In this document: piece after piece, positions 48,340 to 60,759 of the stretch | Position numbering within the stretch: the stretch's first letter is position 1 | Layout of the letters: every line of letters begins with the position of its first letter | Assembly: GCA_010093815.1 (NCBI GenBank) | Contig: ML996568.1 | Reading direction: 5' to 3' (one strand) | DNA from: Pseudovirgaria hyperparasitica | Taxonomy: Eukaryota | DNA: 64,000 bases | Translations under genes and position numbers: made by a program | Notes under the pieces: model-generated | Told to the model about the DNA's origin: nothing | Databases searched by the model: none | What the model saw: only the letters and a program-made list of their open reading frames with translations

Positions 48340-49497
48340 TCAAACCCCCCTCATCCCCCTCACCACCTCCTCCAACTGCTCCATTCGGAGCTTCAGCTCC
48401 TCGAACTCTGCGAGGCTTGGTACGGAAATCCCACCCACGTTGCCGCGGAATGGGTTGATGCGACCCTGCTTGTTCAGGGCCTCGGTCAGCAGGACACGGT
48501 AATGCTCCTCCTTTGAGAAGCGTGGCTCGCGCTCGGACAAGTCCTGCGCCAGGTTCTCGAGCTTGACGAGGCCCTTCTCTACATCCTCGAAGGCGTAGTT
48601 GGACCAATCCGTGTGTTCGTAGACTCCCGGACCACAGGGGCCAGGGTGGCCAAGTTGGCCAGGGAGGATCAGCCGGAGTCTGGACGCGTTGTCCGGGCGG
48701 AGGGTGGCCAGCGAAGTGGAGAGAGCGACACGGCGAGGGGAGCCTGACATGCGTGAGCTGATGTCTGGAAGAAGTACTCGGCTACGAGGGCTTCCGAGAG
48801 CAACGTGGATAAGTCCTCGATTACCTTCAGTATCACCCTCTGAGATGGAGGGTGTGGCGGACCTGACGGAACGCGGAGACGTAACGCTAGACTCAGCGGC
48901 AATGATGGTGTGGAAAGAAGAACCCAACATGGGTACTGTCGGTTGAGCGTATAGACTGGGAGTTGGCGAGCCGAATGGACTGTTGTCGGGGTTGGTACGA
49001 CCATGTCTGCTGAAATCAAGGCTCACGGCGTCGTTGTGATGCTCTTCAATGGCATCGAGGCGAGTAGCGACGCGGGAAACGTCGACGGGAAGACTCATCT
49101 GGACTGGCTCACCAGCGAAGCCGGTGATAGAACGAGGTCCGGGAGTGTTGACAGGGACAGTCGCGCCAACAGTGCTGCTAGAATCGGTGCTCACAGTGTC
49201 AGAGCGACGGCGAATCGGAAGGTTGAACGCAGTCATGACTTGGGCGGCAGACGGAGTTGAGCTTGGTGGAGGTCCATCCGGAAATGGATTGCCATCTTCA
49301 CCAAACGCGATCAGCTTTCGATTGGACCACAGCCTGCGGCTGATAGGACTGAGAGAAACGATCTTACCTTTGCGGCTGCCTTCGACCTTAGCATTAGGAA
49401 TGTCGATGGGAGCTGAAGGACCGACAGGAGCCGAAGATTCATCCATATTCGCCGCAGAGTCCACAGAAGCTGGAACGTCGATTGGAGATGAAGACAT
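48340..49497 (-). CDS. Orphan hypothetical protein (~385 aa): Ser/Pro-rich N-terminus, helical or coiled-coil C-terminus
   Basis: Long intronless ORF from MSSSPIDV; ends SLAEFEELKLRMEQLEEVVRGMRGV. Confidence 0.6.
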   Translation of the reverse strand: MSSSPIDVPASVDSAANMDESSAPVGPSAPIDIPNAKVEGSRKGKIVSLSPISRRLWSNRKLIAFGEDGNPFPDGPPPSSTPSAAQVMTAFNLPIRRRSDTVSTDSSSTVGATVPVNTPGPRSITGFAGEPVQMSLPVDVSRVATRLDAIEEHHNDAVSLDFSRHGRTNPDNSPFGSPTPSLYAQPTVPMLGSSFHTIIAAESSVTSPRSVRSATPSISEGDTEGNRGLIHVALGSPRSRVLLPDISSRMSGSPRRVALSTSLATLRPDNASRLRLILPGQLGHPGPCGPGVYEHTDWSNYAFEDVEKGLVKLENLAQDLSEREPRFSKEEHYRVLLTEALNKQGRINPFRGNVGGISVPSLAEFEELKLRMEQLEEVVRGMRGV

Positions 49498-51521
49498 TGT
49501 ACAATCGGCCGAGTATCGCGTACTGTACACGAGATCTGAGCGGTGAACGAAGCGATGAAGACAGAGTATGATGTAACAGGTCTCTTATTGACACTGTACG
49601 ACGCGTGAATGTGTGAGCTGATCAATGTCTGAAATGAAGGGCATTGAGGGAAACTTACAGCTGAGAGAATGTCACAGTTTGTCACAAGAGAAAAGGTTGT
49701 AGGAAGGTAGAAAGTTAGAGGTGGGCGAAGACTATATATGAGATAGGGACTCGAAGTGAATCAGTTGCTGCACTCAATTCTTCTGGTCCAGTGACGTGTA
49801 CAGGCAGTAACGGTGGTCCGAGCGGGTACTTTGCAGCAAAGTGAATTGAGTGAACTGCGAAAAGCGCAATATGGAGCGGTGAGTGAGACTTTTCACTTTC
49901 GTCATGCGATCGGATCTGAGAGAAACCTGGAAAACGCGGGGAAAACATGAGGGGCAGAACGCGGAGAGTAGATTGTGGGGAAGAAAAGGGGAAAAGGAAG
50001 GAGCAAAGGGGGCGGATGCTTTTCTGTTTCTCCATGCGTGTACGAGACGTTTGTTCTTCACACTGACAGTAAAGCAGTGTTATGTATGTGAGGACTTGGG
50101 GGACGCGCAGTGTGAAACAAGACTCTAGGAGATAGTGGACTGTTGGCATGTTCAGGAGTTATCGGAACCAGAATTGACAGAGCATCTGACATTATGTTGA
50201 CAATAAAACGCAGCGAAAGTTGGACTGTTTGCTATGCTCTTGTGATCCACGCACACGTCAACGATACTATCGAAGAGATAGGGGGTTCTATATGAAACTG
50301 GATTTACTTGAAGTAGAAATGATGCTCAGATCTCGACAGAAACGAAATACGTGCCCTATGGCTCGGTGGTGGTGGTCATTATTTGATTTCTGCGCATGCT
50401 GCCTGCCCTCACCACAGTATTATTCCCTGACGCTGTTCAGAAAACCGAGACAGACGATCGAAGATCATGTAGAGCAGCACCAATATAATTTTTCCAATTG
50501 ATACAGCAGTACCTAAACTGGCAGACCTAGCCAGTATGATGTTGCGAGCCTTGTTACTGACCTGTGGACGTGTTCAGGGGGTGAGGTCGTAATATCATCC
50601 CACAGCGAAAGCACCGATCTGAGAAACGCGTCCAGCTAAGAGCTCATAGACCACTAGATTCAACACATTTGCGATAAACTCGAAAGAAAGAAGGGAAATG
50701 AGCGAATTCAGATCCTCATGCATTGATACCTACGAAGCAGAAAGAAATGGCTCGTACCGGCATAGATGTCCCAATAGTGGTGATTGCCCGTAAACAGTAC
50801 CAACGTTTGTGTTGGTAGTGTTAGCCATATATGCTATGGTCACAATGCCTCTACATTACCTTACTACAGTGATAGCATTGAGCCTAGGCCAGTACACTCC
50901 GGAGTGTCATTACCTGTGGCTGTATAGGGGGGTAATATTGAAGTTCTCGTCTATGTTGTATACGCCATGTGGTATGTATCCCTAGCCCCGTCATACGGCG
51001 CCGAAGCTGATTGATGGTAGCTTGTGTTATGACTTCTAGAGTGTAAACAAGAGATCTTGGTCCAGGAAAAGTCACCAGGTCACCAGGAGTGCGCTCCGGA
51101 AGTGTCCGGCTTGAGTGTACTGCGCCAAAGCCCTCGTTATATTCGCAGCAATAATGCGTATGTCGATGTTGGGCAGGCAGTGAGACACGAAACGATCCAA
51201 TGCTGGAGCTATGCCGATGATGATCGCGATGACGATGAAGATAGAGTTCCCAGGGGTTCAAATGAAGTCGTCTGGAGTCGCATGAAGTCAAAGAAGACAA
51301 AGCATGGGGACTTGGCGGCGGGGGGGAGGAACGGAAGGAAGGCTAGTCAACTAAAAAGTAAGCGAGCCACACTCAGTGGGTAAAGTTGCCGTGGCAGAGA
51401 GTCGAGTTTTCTGGTTTTGTTATGATATAGGTATTCGCTATTCATAACTCAGTACAATCAATTCTCCTCCCGTCATCTTCCTCCTCCTATCTCTCATCTC
51501 CGGCTTACACGAGCCTCCCTA

Positions 51522-53182
51522 ATGGCTGAATTGGCAACTCCATCGGCCGTAACCATGTCCACTTCCGATCCAGCACCCGCCAAAGGCGGCAAGCAGACAG
51601 TTGTCAAACCAGAGAGACCCGACGAGGAGAAATTCAAGGCGGAAGAAGCCAAGCTCGAGAAGGCTCTCAAGGAAGCACAGGACAAAACTGTCAGTGTTTA
51701 TGCTACCAATATACCCCAAGAGCCACCCAATTTCATTTGCGACAATGACTGACACATTCGCAATAGGCCAAGATCCAAGAGAAACTAAACAACCGCTCCA
51801 GCAACAAGGATTCCCCGACAGCTAAACGTCTCCAAGAGATCAAGGCGGAACAAGATGAGATCAAAGCCAAGCAGGCGGGAAGCAAGAACTCCTTTGCACA
51901 GGTCCAAGAGCGCAGAAAGAAGATTGACGAGCAAGTCAAGTCTCGCATTGCCGAACTAAATGCTGCCAAGGGTAAATTGAGCTTCAAGTCGGTGGAAGAA
52001 ATTGATCGGGAAATCCAACGTCTTCAGAAACAAGTCGACACTGGCACCATGAAGCTTGTCGAGGAAAAGAAGAATCTCAATGAGATTACGAATCTAAACA
52101 AACAACGCAAGAATTTCGCCGGATTCGAACAACAACAAAAGGCCATTGACGACTTGAAGGCTCAAAGCGCAGAACAAAGCAAGCAACTGAACGACCCCGA
52201 GCGCAAAGCACTCAACGATCGCTTCACTGCGCTGAAGAACGAAGCCGACGAGCTATATGGGCAGTCTCGTTCCGCCCAGAAGGATCAGAATGCTATTTGG
52301 GAAGAGAGGAACAAAGCGAGGACTGTCCAGAATGAGAAATTCGCTGCGCTAAGAAAACTTCGTGACGAGTACCACGGCGCCCTGAGAGAAGCAAAGAATT
52401 ACGAGCGCGAAGCACGTAAGATCAGGAACGAAAAGTACAAGGCTGAGCAGGATGCCTACCATGCTCAGAAGAGAAAGCAAAACGCCGCCACCAAGCTAGA
52501 GGAAGCAAGTGCTCCAGCGTACTCGAACGAGATCATCATCGCCGAAGGTCTCATTCGTTACTTCGACCCATCAGCACTCCCAGCTAAGACGGAAGCTGCA
52601 CCAAGCAAGTTCGCTGCTTCGGCAGGGGGTCGTGCGGTCGACACCAAAGGTTTCGAAGGCATGAAGGTCGCGAAGAAGGATGATGAGGATTACTTCCAAG
52701 GCACTGGTGGAAAGAAGGGCAAGAAAGGCAAGACAACCACTGCCGCAACCAAGTATTCTCTCGATATCGGGACCATCGATGAGCTGGGAAAAGTTGGCGT
52801 CAATCCTCCGTCTTCCCAAGCGGAGGTTCCTGGTGTTGTTGAGAAGCTCAAGGAGAAACTTGCGCACTGGAAGTCGGATCAGAAACGAGCAACTGATGAG
52901 GTACGTTGATCACTTGAACCCTAAATTGACCTAAATTGAAATTGATGTATGACTGACGTTGTACAGAACATCGCCAAGGCCCAAAAGGAAATCGACCGTC
53001 TCGAAGCTGAGGAAGCCAATGGAGGCAGTCGTGATGCAGCTACGAAGCCAGCCCAAGCCAACCAGGGTGTCAACGGCAAGCCTTCTGCAGAGGCAGAACT
53101 ACAGCAAGAGAAGGATGCGGACGCAGACGTCGCCGCTGAGTTGGAGAAGGCCAAGATCGAGGACGCCTCCGAGACCTCATAG
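51522..53182 (+). CDS. BFR1: Bfr1-like coiled-coil mRNP / nuclear segregation protein, 3 exons
   Basis: KPERPDEEKFK, FKSVEEIDREIQRLQKQVDTGTMKLVEEKK, KLEEASAPAYSNEI..GLIRYFDP, DYFQGTGGKKGKK, PPSSQAEVP..LKEKLAHWK. Introns 51690-51766 and 52901-52966. Confidence 0.85.
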
Positions 53183-54395
53183 CACCGCTGAAAGACCCTA
53201 ACTATGCGTACGATCACTACATGAGATTGATGTGGTGGGATCATAATGGGATTTGGTCTTGCATCGCACAAGTCCATGAGCATCGTCCAGAACGTTGGGA
53301 GACAGTGGTTATATACTGCTCGATAATCAGAGCACCGTATCATAATGAAATTAGTGCCGATTCAGGCGAGAAACCAAGTCGTCTTTTGCTCAATCGGCTC
53401 CAAAAGGATATCTAATAGTAATCGGCAGACTGAATTTGACTGGGGGATGGAGGGCAAGGTAAGCACCAGTATCAGGATGGCAAAATTTCCCAGAAGTTAT
53501 ACGCCAGCGTATGCAAAGGAAGCACAGATGCGCAATAATGGTAAGACAGAGTGGTCAGATTCGCTCTTATTACTGATCGGTCTCAGATGGTCACATTAAC
53601 TCACAAGCCTCGAAACTGGATTCATGATTCGATATCATTGTCGGTTGAGCAAATGCCCCATATAGCCGCCAGCATCGTTCCCATCAACCGTCTCACGCTC
53701 ATTTCCGGTAGCAGGAACATAATAACAATCCATCAAAGGTTGAACAAAACTTCCAAGCGATGTTCCAGTCTCCTAATTTGACAGCCTCTGACACGTTGAT
53801 CGTTTGGCCTAGCTATGGAGTCGGGTTTCGCACCCTTGCAATTGTTGCCGGTCTCCAAGCGAAGGGATCCCAGCTTCATTTTCGACAGCGCGCCATGGCT
53901 CCACATTACAAGCTCCTATAGATATCGACATATCCAGATGCCCCGTTATCACGAGAACCATGTCGATAGAAGTCTTCAAGATTGTATTATGCTGTGCCCG
54001 CGGAGGATGCTAAACATGGCTCTTACGTCGCCTACAATCATAGGGGGCATATACACCTAGTCGTAATATCGAGTGTGAAGCACAAGGGTAATGGAACGCC
54101 GCTTATGGGTGATTGCCATGAAAGGAGTATCCGGCGGCTCGATCCTTATGCACCGATCTCTAGAATTTTCGAAGCAGATATAACTAACGCATGTCTACAG
54201 AATCTCCATCTTGAAGACATCGACTTCACCGCATCTAACCAAGCCTCTCGTTTATTCATTTCACTATTCATTTTCAATTTCTTGATACCTTTCCTGGAGA
54301 ATAGGTATCGGCCGGTCCTTCTTGACACCCTTTACTTCTTTTACTTATCTTTGTTATATCACGTATATCAAGTACACCCACGAGCACCACGCATC

Positions 54396-55630
54396 ATGAA
54401 GAACTCACTCATCCTATCCCTCCCCTTTCTCATCTCAATCTCCTCCGCCACACCAATCCAGCGCTCACACATCCACCGTCGCGAAGTCCCCCAAGAACAC
54501 TCCCACGAGGCCATCCTCCGCACAGTCAACACTCTCCTGAAAACCAACAATCCCGACAACATCCAAGATGCCGTCTTCGGCCTCCTCGGCAACGCCGCCG
54601 CCTCCACCGGCCAAGGCAACATCGCAGACACTGGTCCGTCTCCTTCTCCCCCTACCCCCCAACAAGTACATACATACTCACAAAAGCCCCCCCAACAGAC
54701 TGCCTCCAACAAGCCACCGCCGACCAAGCCTTCACCAACGCCAAAGCCGCCTCCGACACCCCCGGCATGACCGCCGCCCTCCTCTACCGCGCCCTCGAGC
54801 GCAACACCGGCAAAGTCGGCCTCGCAAGCACCCCCTGCACCGCCCTAACCGCCACAAACCCCGAAATCGCCGCTCTGACACAACACCAGGACCCGGCCTC
54901 CGCAGACGCCGCCCAGGGCAACAAAGCCCTCACCCTCGAGCTCGCGCGCCAGATTGCCAGCGTGGGCGGCGATCCGCTGGATGCGCTCAAGGCCGGCACG
55001 TTTGCCCCGGGCGATGTGAATGATCCGACGGCGCGGGGGAACTCGTGTGACGATGCGGATGATGCGCAGGGGTGTATTGAGAGTTTGGGACTGCGGGTTG
55101 ATGATGCTACTGAGGCGGAGATTCGGGATGCTGTGGCTGGGGCGGGTGGTGCTGGTGCTGAGGCGGATGCAGGGGCTGGGACGATGACGATGACGGTGAT
55201 GTCGGATGTGCCTGTGGCTAGCACGGCGGTTGATCCGGCGGCGGCGGTAGTCGGGTGCGGAGCTCCGGGTGCGACGGCTGCTGTCGTTGCAACGCCTACA
55301 CCTACACCTACACCTACTGCGGTTGCGGACCCAGCTCCTGCGGACGCGACGGCGCTCGATCTGGGCTTGTGTGCGGATCCGACGATTGTGTTTGGCGGCC
55401 CGTTTGATGGGCGCAAGGAGGATGCGTTCCAGCCGGCTGATACGGCGACGTTTACGCATGGGTCGGCGCTGGGGATCAAGGTGATTACGGACTTTATCTG
55501 TCAGCAGTTGGAGGTGAAGTGTAAGGCGAGTGCGGATGCGATTGCGGCGTGTAATCAGGGGGCGGCGGATGCGCAGGGTGCTCAGGGGCAGGGGGCGGCG
55601 GATGCGTTTAATCGGGCGCTTGGGTTTTGA
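54396..55630 (+). CDS. Secreted two-domain Cys-containing protein (EVPQEHSH type), uncharacterised, 2 exons
   Basis: Signal peptide and Kex2-like RR before EVPQEHSH. Intron 54634-54698 gives DCLQQATADQAF..YRALERNT..QHQDPA..GNSCD..GC. Ala/Pro/Thr linker, then a second domain LGLCADPTI..DGRKE..HGSALGI..FICQQL..CKA..AC. Confidence 0.85.
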
Positions 55631-55830
55631 GGGATGGGTTGTGCGGTTGGGGATGTTGGGTGGGCGTTGAGATCTGGTGGAGTTGTGTTGGATACTGATG
55701 TTCAAGTAGCTGATTAGTGTAGATGAGGATCTGAGACGACTCTGCTGTACACACTGCTCCATCAGTCACATGGATACACACCACCACCACCACCACCACC
55801 CCTATCCCATCCTCCAAACTCCCTCATTCC

Positions 55831-56406
55831 CTAAACCCTATCCTTCGCCCCAGCCCTCTCATCCAACACCACAACCTCCCCATGTTCCATATCCCCACTC
55901 CGATTCTTCTTCTTCAACTTATCCGGCGCCCACGCACAATACCACATCACCAACAACGCAACCGCAACCCCGATACTCAGCCCCACCGCAAGTCCGATCT
56001 TCGCACTCTTGCCCACCCCCTTATTCTCCTGCCTTGCCGCAAGCCGGTCTGTTCGTCGCTGCGCAGGTACAGCGGTGCGGACATCTATGTCTCCTTCGCT
56101 TGCGCGCGCGTTTGTAGTTTTCGTGTCCTAGATTCGGTTATTAATGCCCGTCTTAGCCGCTATGGACCGTTTCATATCAGTCAGAGCACTCACCGTCTCG
56201 CTATCTGCTGCCCGCCATGAGATCTGCACGTCCTCACCCCGAGCCACAACGTATGGCACTGTGGATACGAATGAAAGTTGTGCACGCTTCGCTCGTGCGT
56301 ACGTCCTGGGTTGAACTTGTTCCCGTGATGGTGCGGCAGCGCAGATGCTGAGGAGGAGGGATATGTATGCGAGGAGGAGTGTTACTGGGGACGATAGGCC
56401 ACGCAT
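55831..56406 (-). CDS. Small type-I membrane protein (~169 aa, 2 exons), uncharacterised
   Basis: Signal peptide MRGLSSPVTLLLAYISLLLSICAA. Intron 56193-56128 (GTGAGT..TAG) is in frame. Single TM IGLAVGLSIGVAVALLVMWYC followed by KLKKK. Confidence 0.7.
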
Positions 56407-57579
56407 TTTTGCAAGTATGCAATTGGTATAAGAAGTATATAGACACCTACACACAGTCCGAATACACGCACCAACGCACCACAGGAATTAGGACGAGAGA
56501 GGTCGAGAGTGGAGGGTGAGCGATTGAGCGAGTAACCTCGAGACGCACCAAGCACGAAAGCGAAGCTTCGCCAAGCGCGACAGGGCGCTGCCTAGGCAAG
56601 CTGTTTATATATGCAATCTACAGGCCAATAGCAATACTAGCAATAAGCCGCCTTGCCGGGCGACGACGAAGAAGGCGGATCAGAGGCAGGGTTTGAAAGG
56701 ATATGGGATTGCCAGAATGCTCAAACGAGTTGCCTATTCGGGAATGGCTTGTGGAGCCAGTGTCAGCGTGCTGTGATTGGGCCGGGGGGTCGCGTTGTGC
56801 GGGATGCTTCGCGGACGAAAGGCTTGTGTGTCTTTTGGTGCTTGGTTGGGTGTTATTGTGTGGTATTGGGGCTGGTGGATTTTTTTCAGAGACGGTGAGG
56901 GATGTGAGGGATGGATATGGTGTTTGGTCATTTCTGGGTTGCGTATGTTTGGGATTATGTGGTAAAGGACGAGGATTGATGCTGCAAGCATGATCGTGTG
57001 GGATATAAGGAGAGAAAGGCACATGCTGATATACCAACTTCATTGTTGAACAGGATTGAATAGTTGTATGGTGCGTGGTACTAAAGCCTGCCATGTGCGT
57101 ACGATACGTTAAGAATATAAGGCAATAAAGAGAGCAATCGGCTACTTCAAAGTACAGGAGAAGACCATGAAGCCAGTACAGTGCCAGCGGACCGTGCCAT
57201 TACATATCATCTTTTTGGCGCTTAGGTTCAGAGAAGTGTGTTGGCTGTAGCACTCGTATCGCGAGAGGAAAACATTACATGCAACTACGCAGCCTCAGAG
57301 CAGCGTCGAATGCCAAAATTTTGTGTATTCTTTTGCTCGACATACGAGGCAAGACAATGCAATAAAAATACATATATACATACACGGTCGGAGATTGTAT
57401 CAATATGCTCATAACGCCCGCTTCTATACAATGCAGTGCATCACCTCCAAGAGGTCTTGAGCTTCGCAGGTCATGTCAGTCCTCTGATATCAAGCCCATA
57501 CCAACTCCATGATCAAGTAGAACAGAGCAGTAATCCGCTTGATGCAAGCCTATGTCCCCCTATCGAGTCTTTGGCATAA

Positions 57580-58191
57580 TCACGGGACAATAACGACCCC
57601 CAAGGTAGCCGCCTGTGCAACCACACTCTTCACCAGCGCTTCCATACTTAGCGCTTGCAATCTCTCCTCGCTCTGCTTTATTTTGGCAATCTCCCACACG
57701 TGCTTCAAGCTAACCTTCCCAACGGTGCCCACGACTGAGTTGCCGACCGTGGGCGTGTTTGAGCTGGATTTGCCGATGGCACCCTCCACCAGATTGGTCG
57801 GTCCCGGTGTGCGGCCAGCGCCACGCAGCTTGTTGCCTTTCCCGCCTTTCAGTACGCCTGCGGCGAGGAGAAGAAGTGTAGATGTGGGTGGTGTGCGAAT
57901 GTCGAATGCGAACGAGCGGTCGGGGCGAACGGTTATGAGACAAGGAATCGGGGTGCCGACGATGTAGGATGCGGTACGCGCATTAAACTCCTACACATGT
58001 CACGTCAGTTTGTGATCATGAAGGTACATGAATCTTGAGATATTTGACGCAATTCATACTTTGCAGAAGTCCATACTCTTTACACCTTTGCTTCCTAGCG
58101 CTGGACCGACGGGCGGTGAAGGTGAAGCTTGGCCGGCACCCACGATGAGCTTGACCAGCACATCCTTCTGCTGGACTGCTTTACGCGACAT
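57580..58191 (-). CDS. MRPL19: Mitochondrial ribosomal protein uL11m, 2 exons
   Basis: [61 protein letters not shown]. Intron 58059-57991. Confidence 0.95.
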
Positions 58192-58966
58192 GTTTGTGGT
58201 GTCGCAGAGCTTACACTGCAATTGCCATGACCCGTAGAGAATTCCTGACGGAGAGAGAATGGACGATTCAGGCGAAGATTAGCCGCATCATGCATCCAGA
58301 GATGGATGCCTCTGATTGGTCAGATCACTAAGAGCTCGAATTGTTTTGCTTAGAGCTGTCCACAGGCTGTATAATTCCTGTTGCATTTCATAAAACTACT
58401 CTAGATTGGACTCATTGGTTCAACGCTTCTCTCTTCTGTACTTGGGCGGACGGTCCGGCACTTAACCACAAAACCTTGACAATGGCGATTCACTAGACGA
58501 TTCTTGGCGATCGAGCTGCAACTTGTATGTCCCTGTCTGCATATCCATCCATTCTTCCATGGAAGCAATATGGATATGGATGACACAGAGTACGGGACTG
58601 GGAGTACACATAGAGCTCAAAGCATGCTCTAACCAATGATGTTGTTCGTGGCTTTGAGAACGCAGAATGATGATCTCTATGTGCATGATGGATGTGTAAA
58701 TAAACGCATATGATTGGTTCACCAAAGCTCCAGCAAGTTGGTTTGCGTCAACACTTGGAGGCCTCAGCTCCTACGAAGCATGCGCCATCCCGGAAATGGC
58801 GTCTATATAGCCCCGCTTGACGGAAGCATCTCGTGTATATTACAAGGACAAAGCCCCTAGCTGTGCTTGAATCTGCCTAAATCTGATCTCTCCATCTTCC
58901 TCTACAACCACAACACATAATTGCTGTAGTCCTTCATCGAAACGTACCGTCAAACGAAACAGCAAC

Positions 58967-59796
58967 ATGGCATCAGCAACCGGTATTCCAGAACGGAATC
59001 CAGCTTCGACCGGTTACGGCGAGGATGAGCCTTTGCTAGGCAGAGCTGGAGATGCGAGTCAGCAGAAAGACAAGGCACTGCCATACAATCTGATTCTGGG
59101 TGAGCTGGGTACACTTGTACATTCACACACTCGACAGCTCTAACCTGCGCGCATAGGCACAGCACCAATTGCACAGCTCGGGATATGGGTGTTGACTGCT
59201 GCGGTCTGGGGCAGCGTGTTCTCTCATGACTTTATATTCTTCTCGTACCACCCAGTACGTATGCTCAGCTACTCGATGCTCGACGAAGTTGACCCATATC
59301 ATAGCTCCTCAATTCTGTCGGAATCCTCCTCGTCAGCCAAGCTGCTCTCATCCTACAGCCCACGCATACGCCCCAACAAAAGAAAAATGGAACATATGCA
59401 CATGCGGCATTCAATGATCTTGGTGTAGCAGCCCTGGTTGCTGGCCTTATCGTCATCGTAAAGAATAAGGGTGACCACGGTCACTTTGAGTCTCCGCACG
59501 CGATCTTGGGCCTCATCACCTACATCCTGCTTGGCATACAAGCTCTCGTGGGCATCACAATGTACTTCGTTCCGGCCATTTACGGAGGAGTAAACAATGC
59601 AAAGAGCATCTGGAAGTACCACCGCATGAGTGGATATCTGGTCTTTGTGCTCCTGCTGGCAACTGTTGCTGCTGCGACACAGACGTACTACGTCAAGAAT
59701 GTGTTGAAGCTTCAACTTTGGGCCGTCATTGTCACAGCAGTAATCACGCTCGCTGGGATCTTGCCGCGGATCAAGAAACAAAAGCTTGGACTGTAG
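58967..59796 (+). CDS. Cytochrome b561-domain membrane protein, 3 exons
   Basis: MASATG..EDEPLLG; introns 59100-59156 and 59255-59304; four heme-ligand-like His residues (YHP, AHA, SPHA, YHRMSG) in TM context. Confidence 0.88.
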
Positions 59797-60759
59797 TCGA
59801 ACGCACACATATAGCACAAGCACAGACCTGACGACCGTAAGGGTTCAAGACAAGTATGCGTCTAAGCGAGGATGTCCCATGACGGACGGAATTGTCGAGT
59901 GGTGAAGGGCAAGGTTATATAATTCGAATGTCACAAACACACGGAAGAGGGTTCAGCATGGCACAGGCGTTTTGACCACAAGCAGTCTTAGCGCGCGATC
60001 CTTTAGCAAGGGACTAGGATGCAAGATATATCACTCAGTCGGCAAGCGTAGGACGAATGTGGAGAGTCTCAGGGATCTATGATGTACTCATTCTGTACTG
60101 CATACAGTATCTAACATGTTATCCTCCCTGTCCCGCGGCAAAGGGGCACTCTAGTTCCGTGTCATGGTCCGTGAATCTTGGCACTCAAATTGTCAATAAA
60201 CGTTCCGTGATACTATCCATGCCTGCGAAGTCTCCCTAGTCTCAATTGTGAACGTCTTATCCCACGCGTTCGTGACAGGCGTGTTTGCTTTTATCGATGG
60301 CGAATCCGCGGGCCGATCTGACAGGTCACACTATACTGTACACTACACATCCACCAACGTCGACGGACGGGGATTTCGATGGCGTAGGGCCGGCTAGAAT
60401 CCTTTGACGGAAGACGGAAGAGTACCTTAAGGCTTAAGGTTGGGTATAGCTGCACGTATAATAGAGTCAGTGGAGTGGGGCCGGCACAGTGCAGCCAGTC
60501 AGAGAGGACAATATGCGCCTTGGTCGCGCGAATGCCATGCAAGTGCTGCATTTGGCCGTCGTCACTTTCCTGGTCGAAATGCCTCCTACTTCTCTCCTCA
60601 CCATCTCTCTTTTGCTTCACTCACGATTCTTTGCGCCATGTACGACAACTTCACTTTGCTTTATCCTCGCGCCTTACCACTTCTTCGCAAGCCTAAGACG
60701 ACACGGCCACGGTAGCCTTAAGGCCTAGCGCGGGGTGTCGCGGAAGTCCAAGCGCAAGA

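Noticed and set aside
50884..51383. ORFs on both strands upstream of BFR1
   Set aside because: Non-ATG starts and no motifs; possibly decayed island sequence, but not supportable as genes.
43700..51400. Starship-type element inserted at the 5S gene
   Set aside because: The 5S gene is intact, a conserved-looking gene lies between it and the island, and no tyrosine-recombinase captain or terminal repeats are visible.
54784..55762. Two long minus-strand ORFs (231 and 305 aa)
   Set aside because: Antisense shadows of the GC-rich secreted-protein gene.
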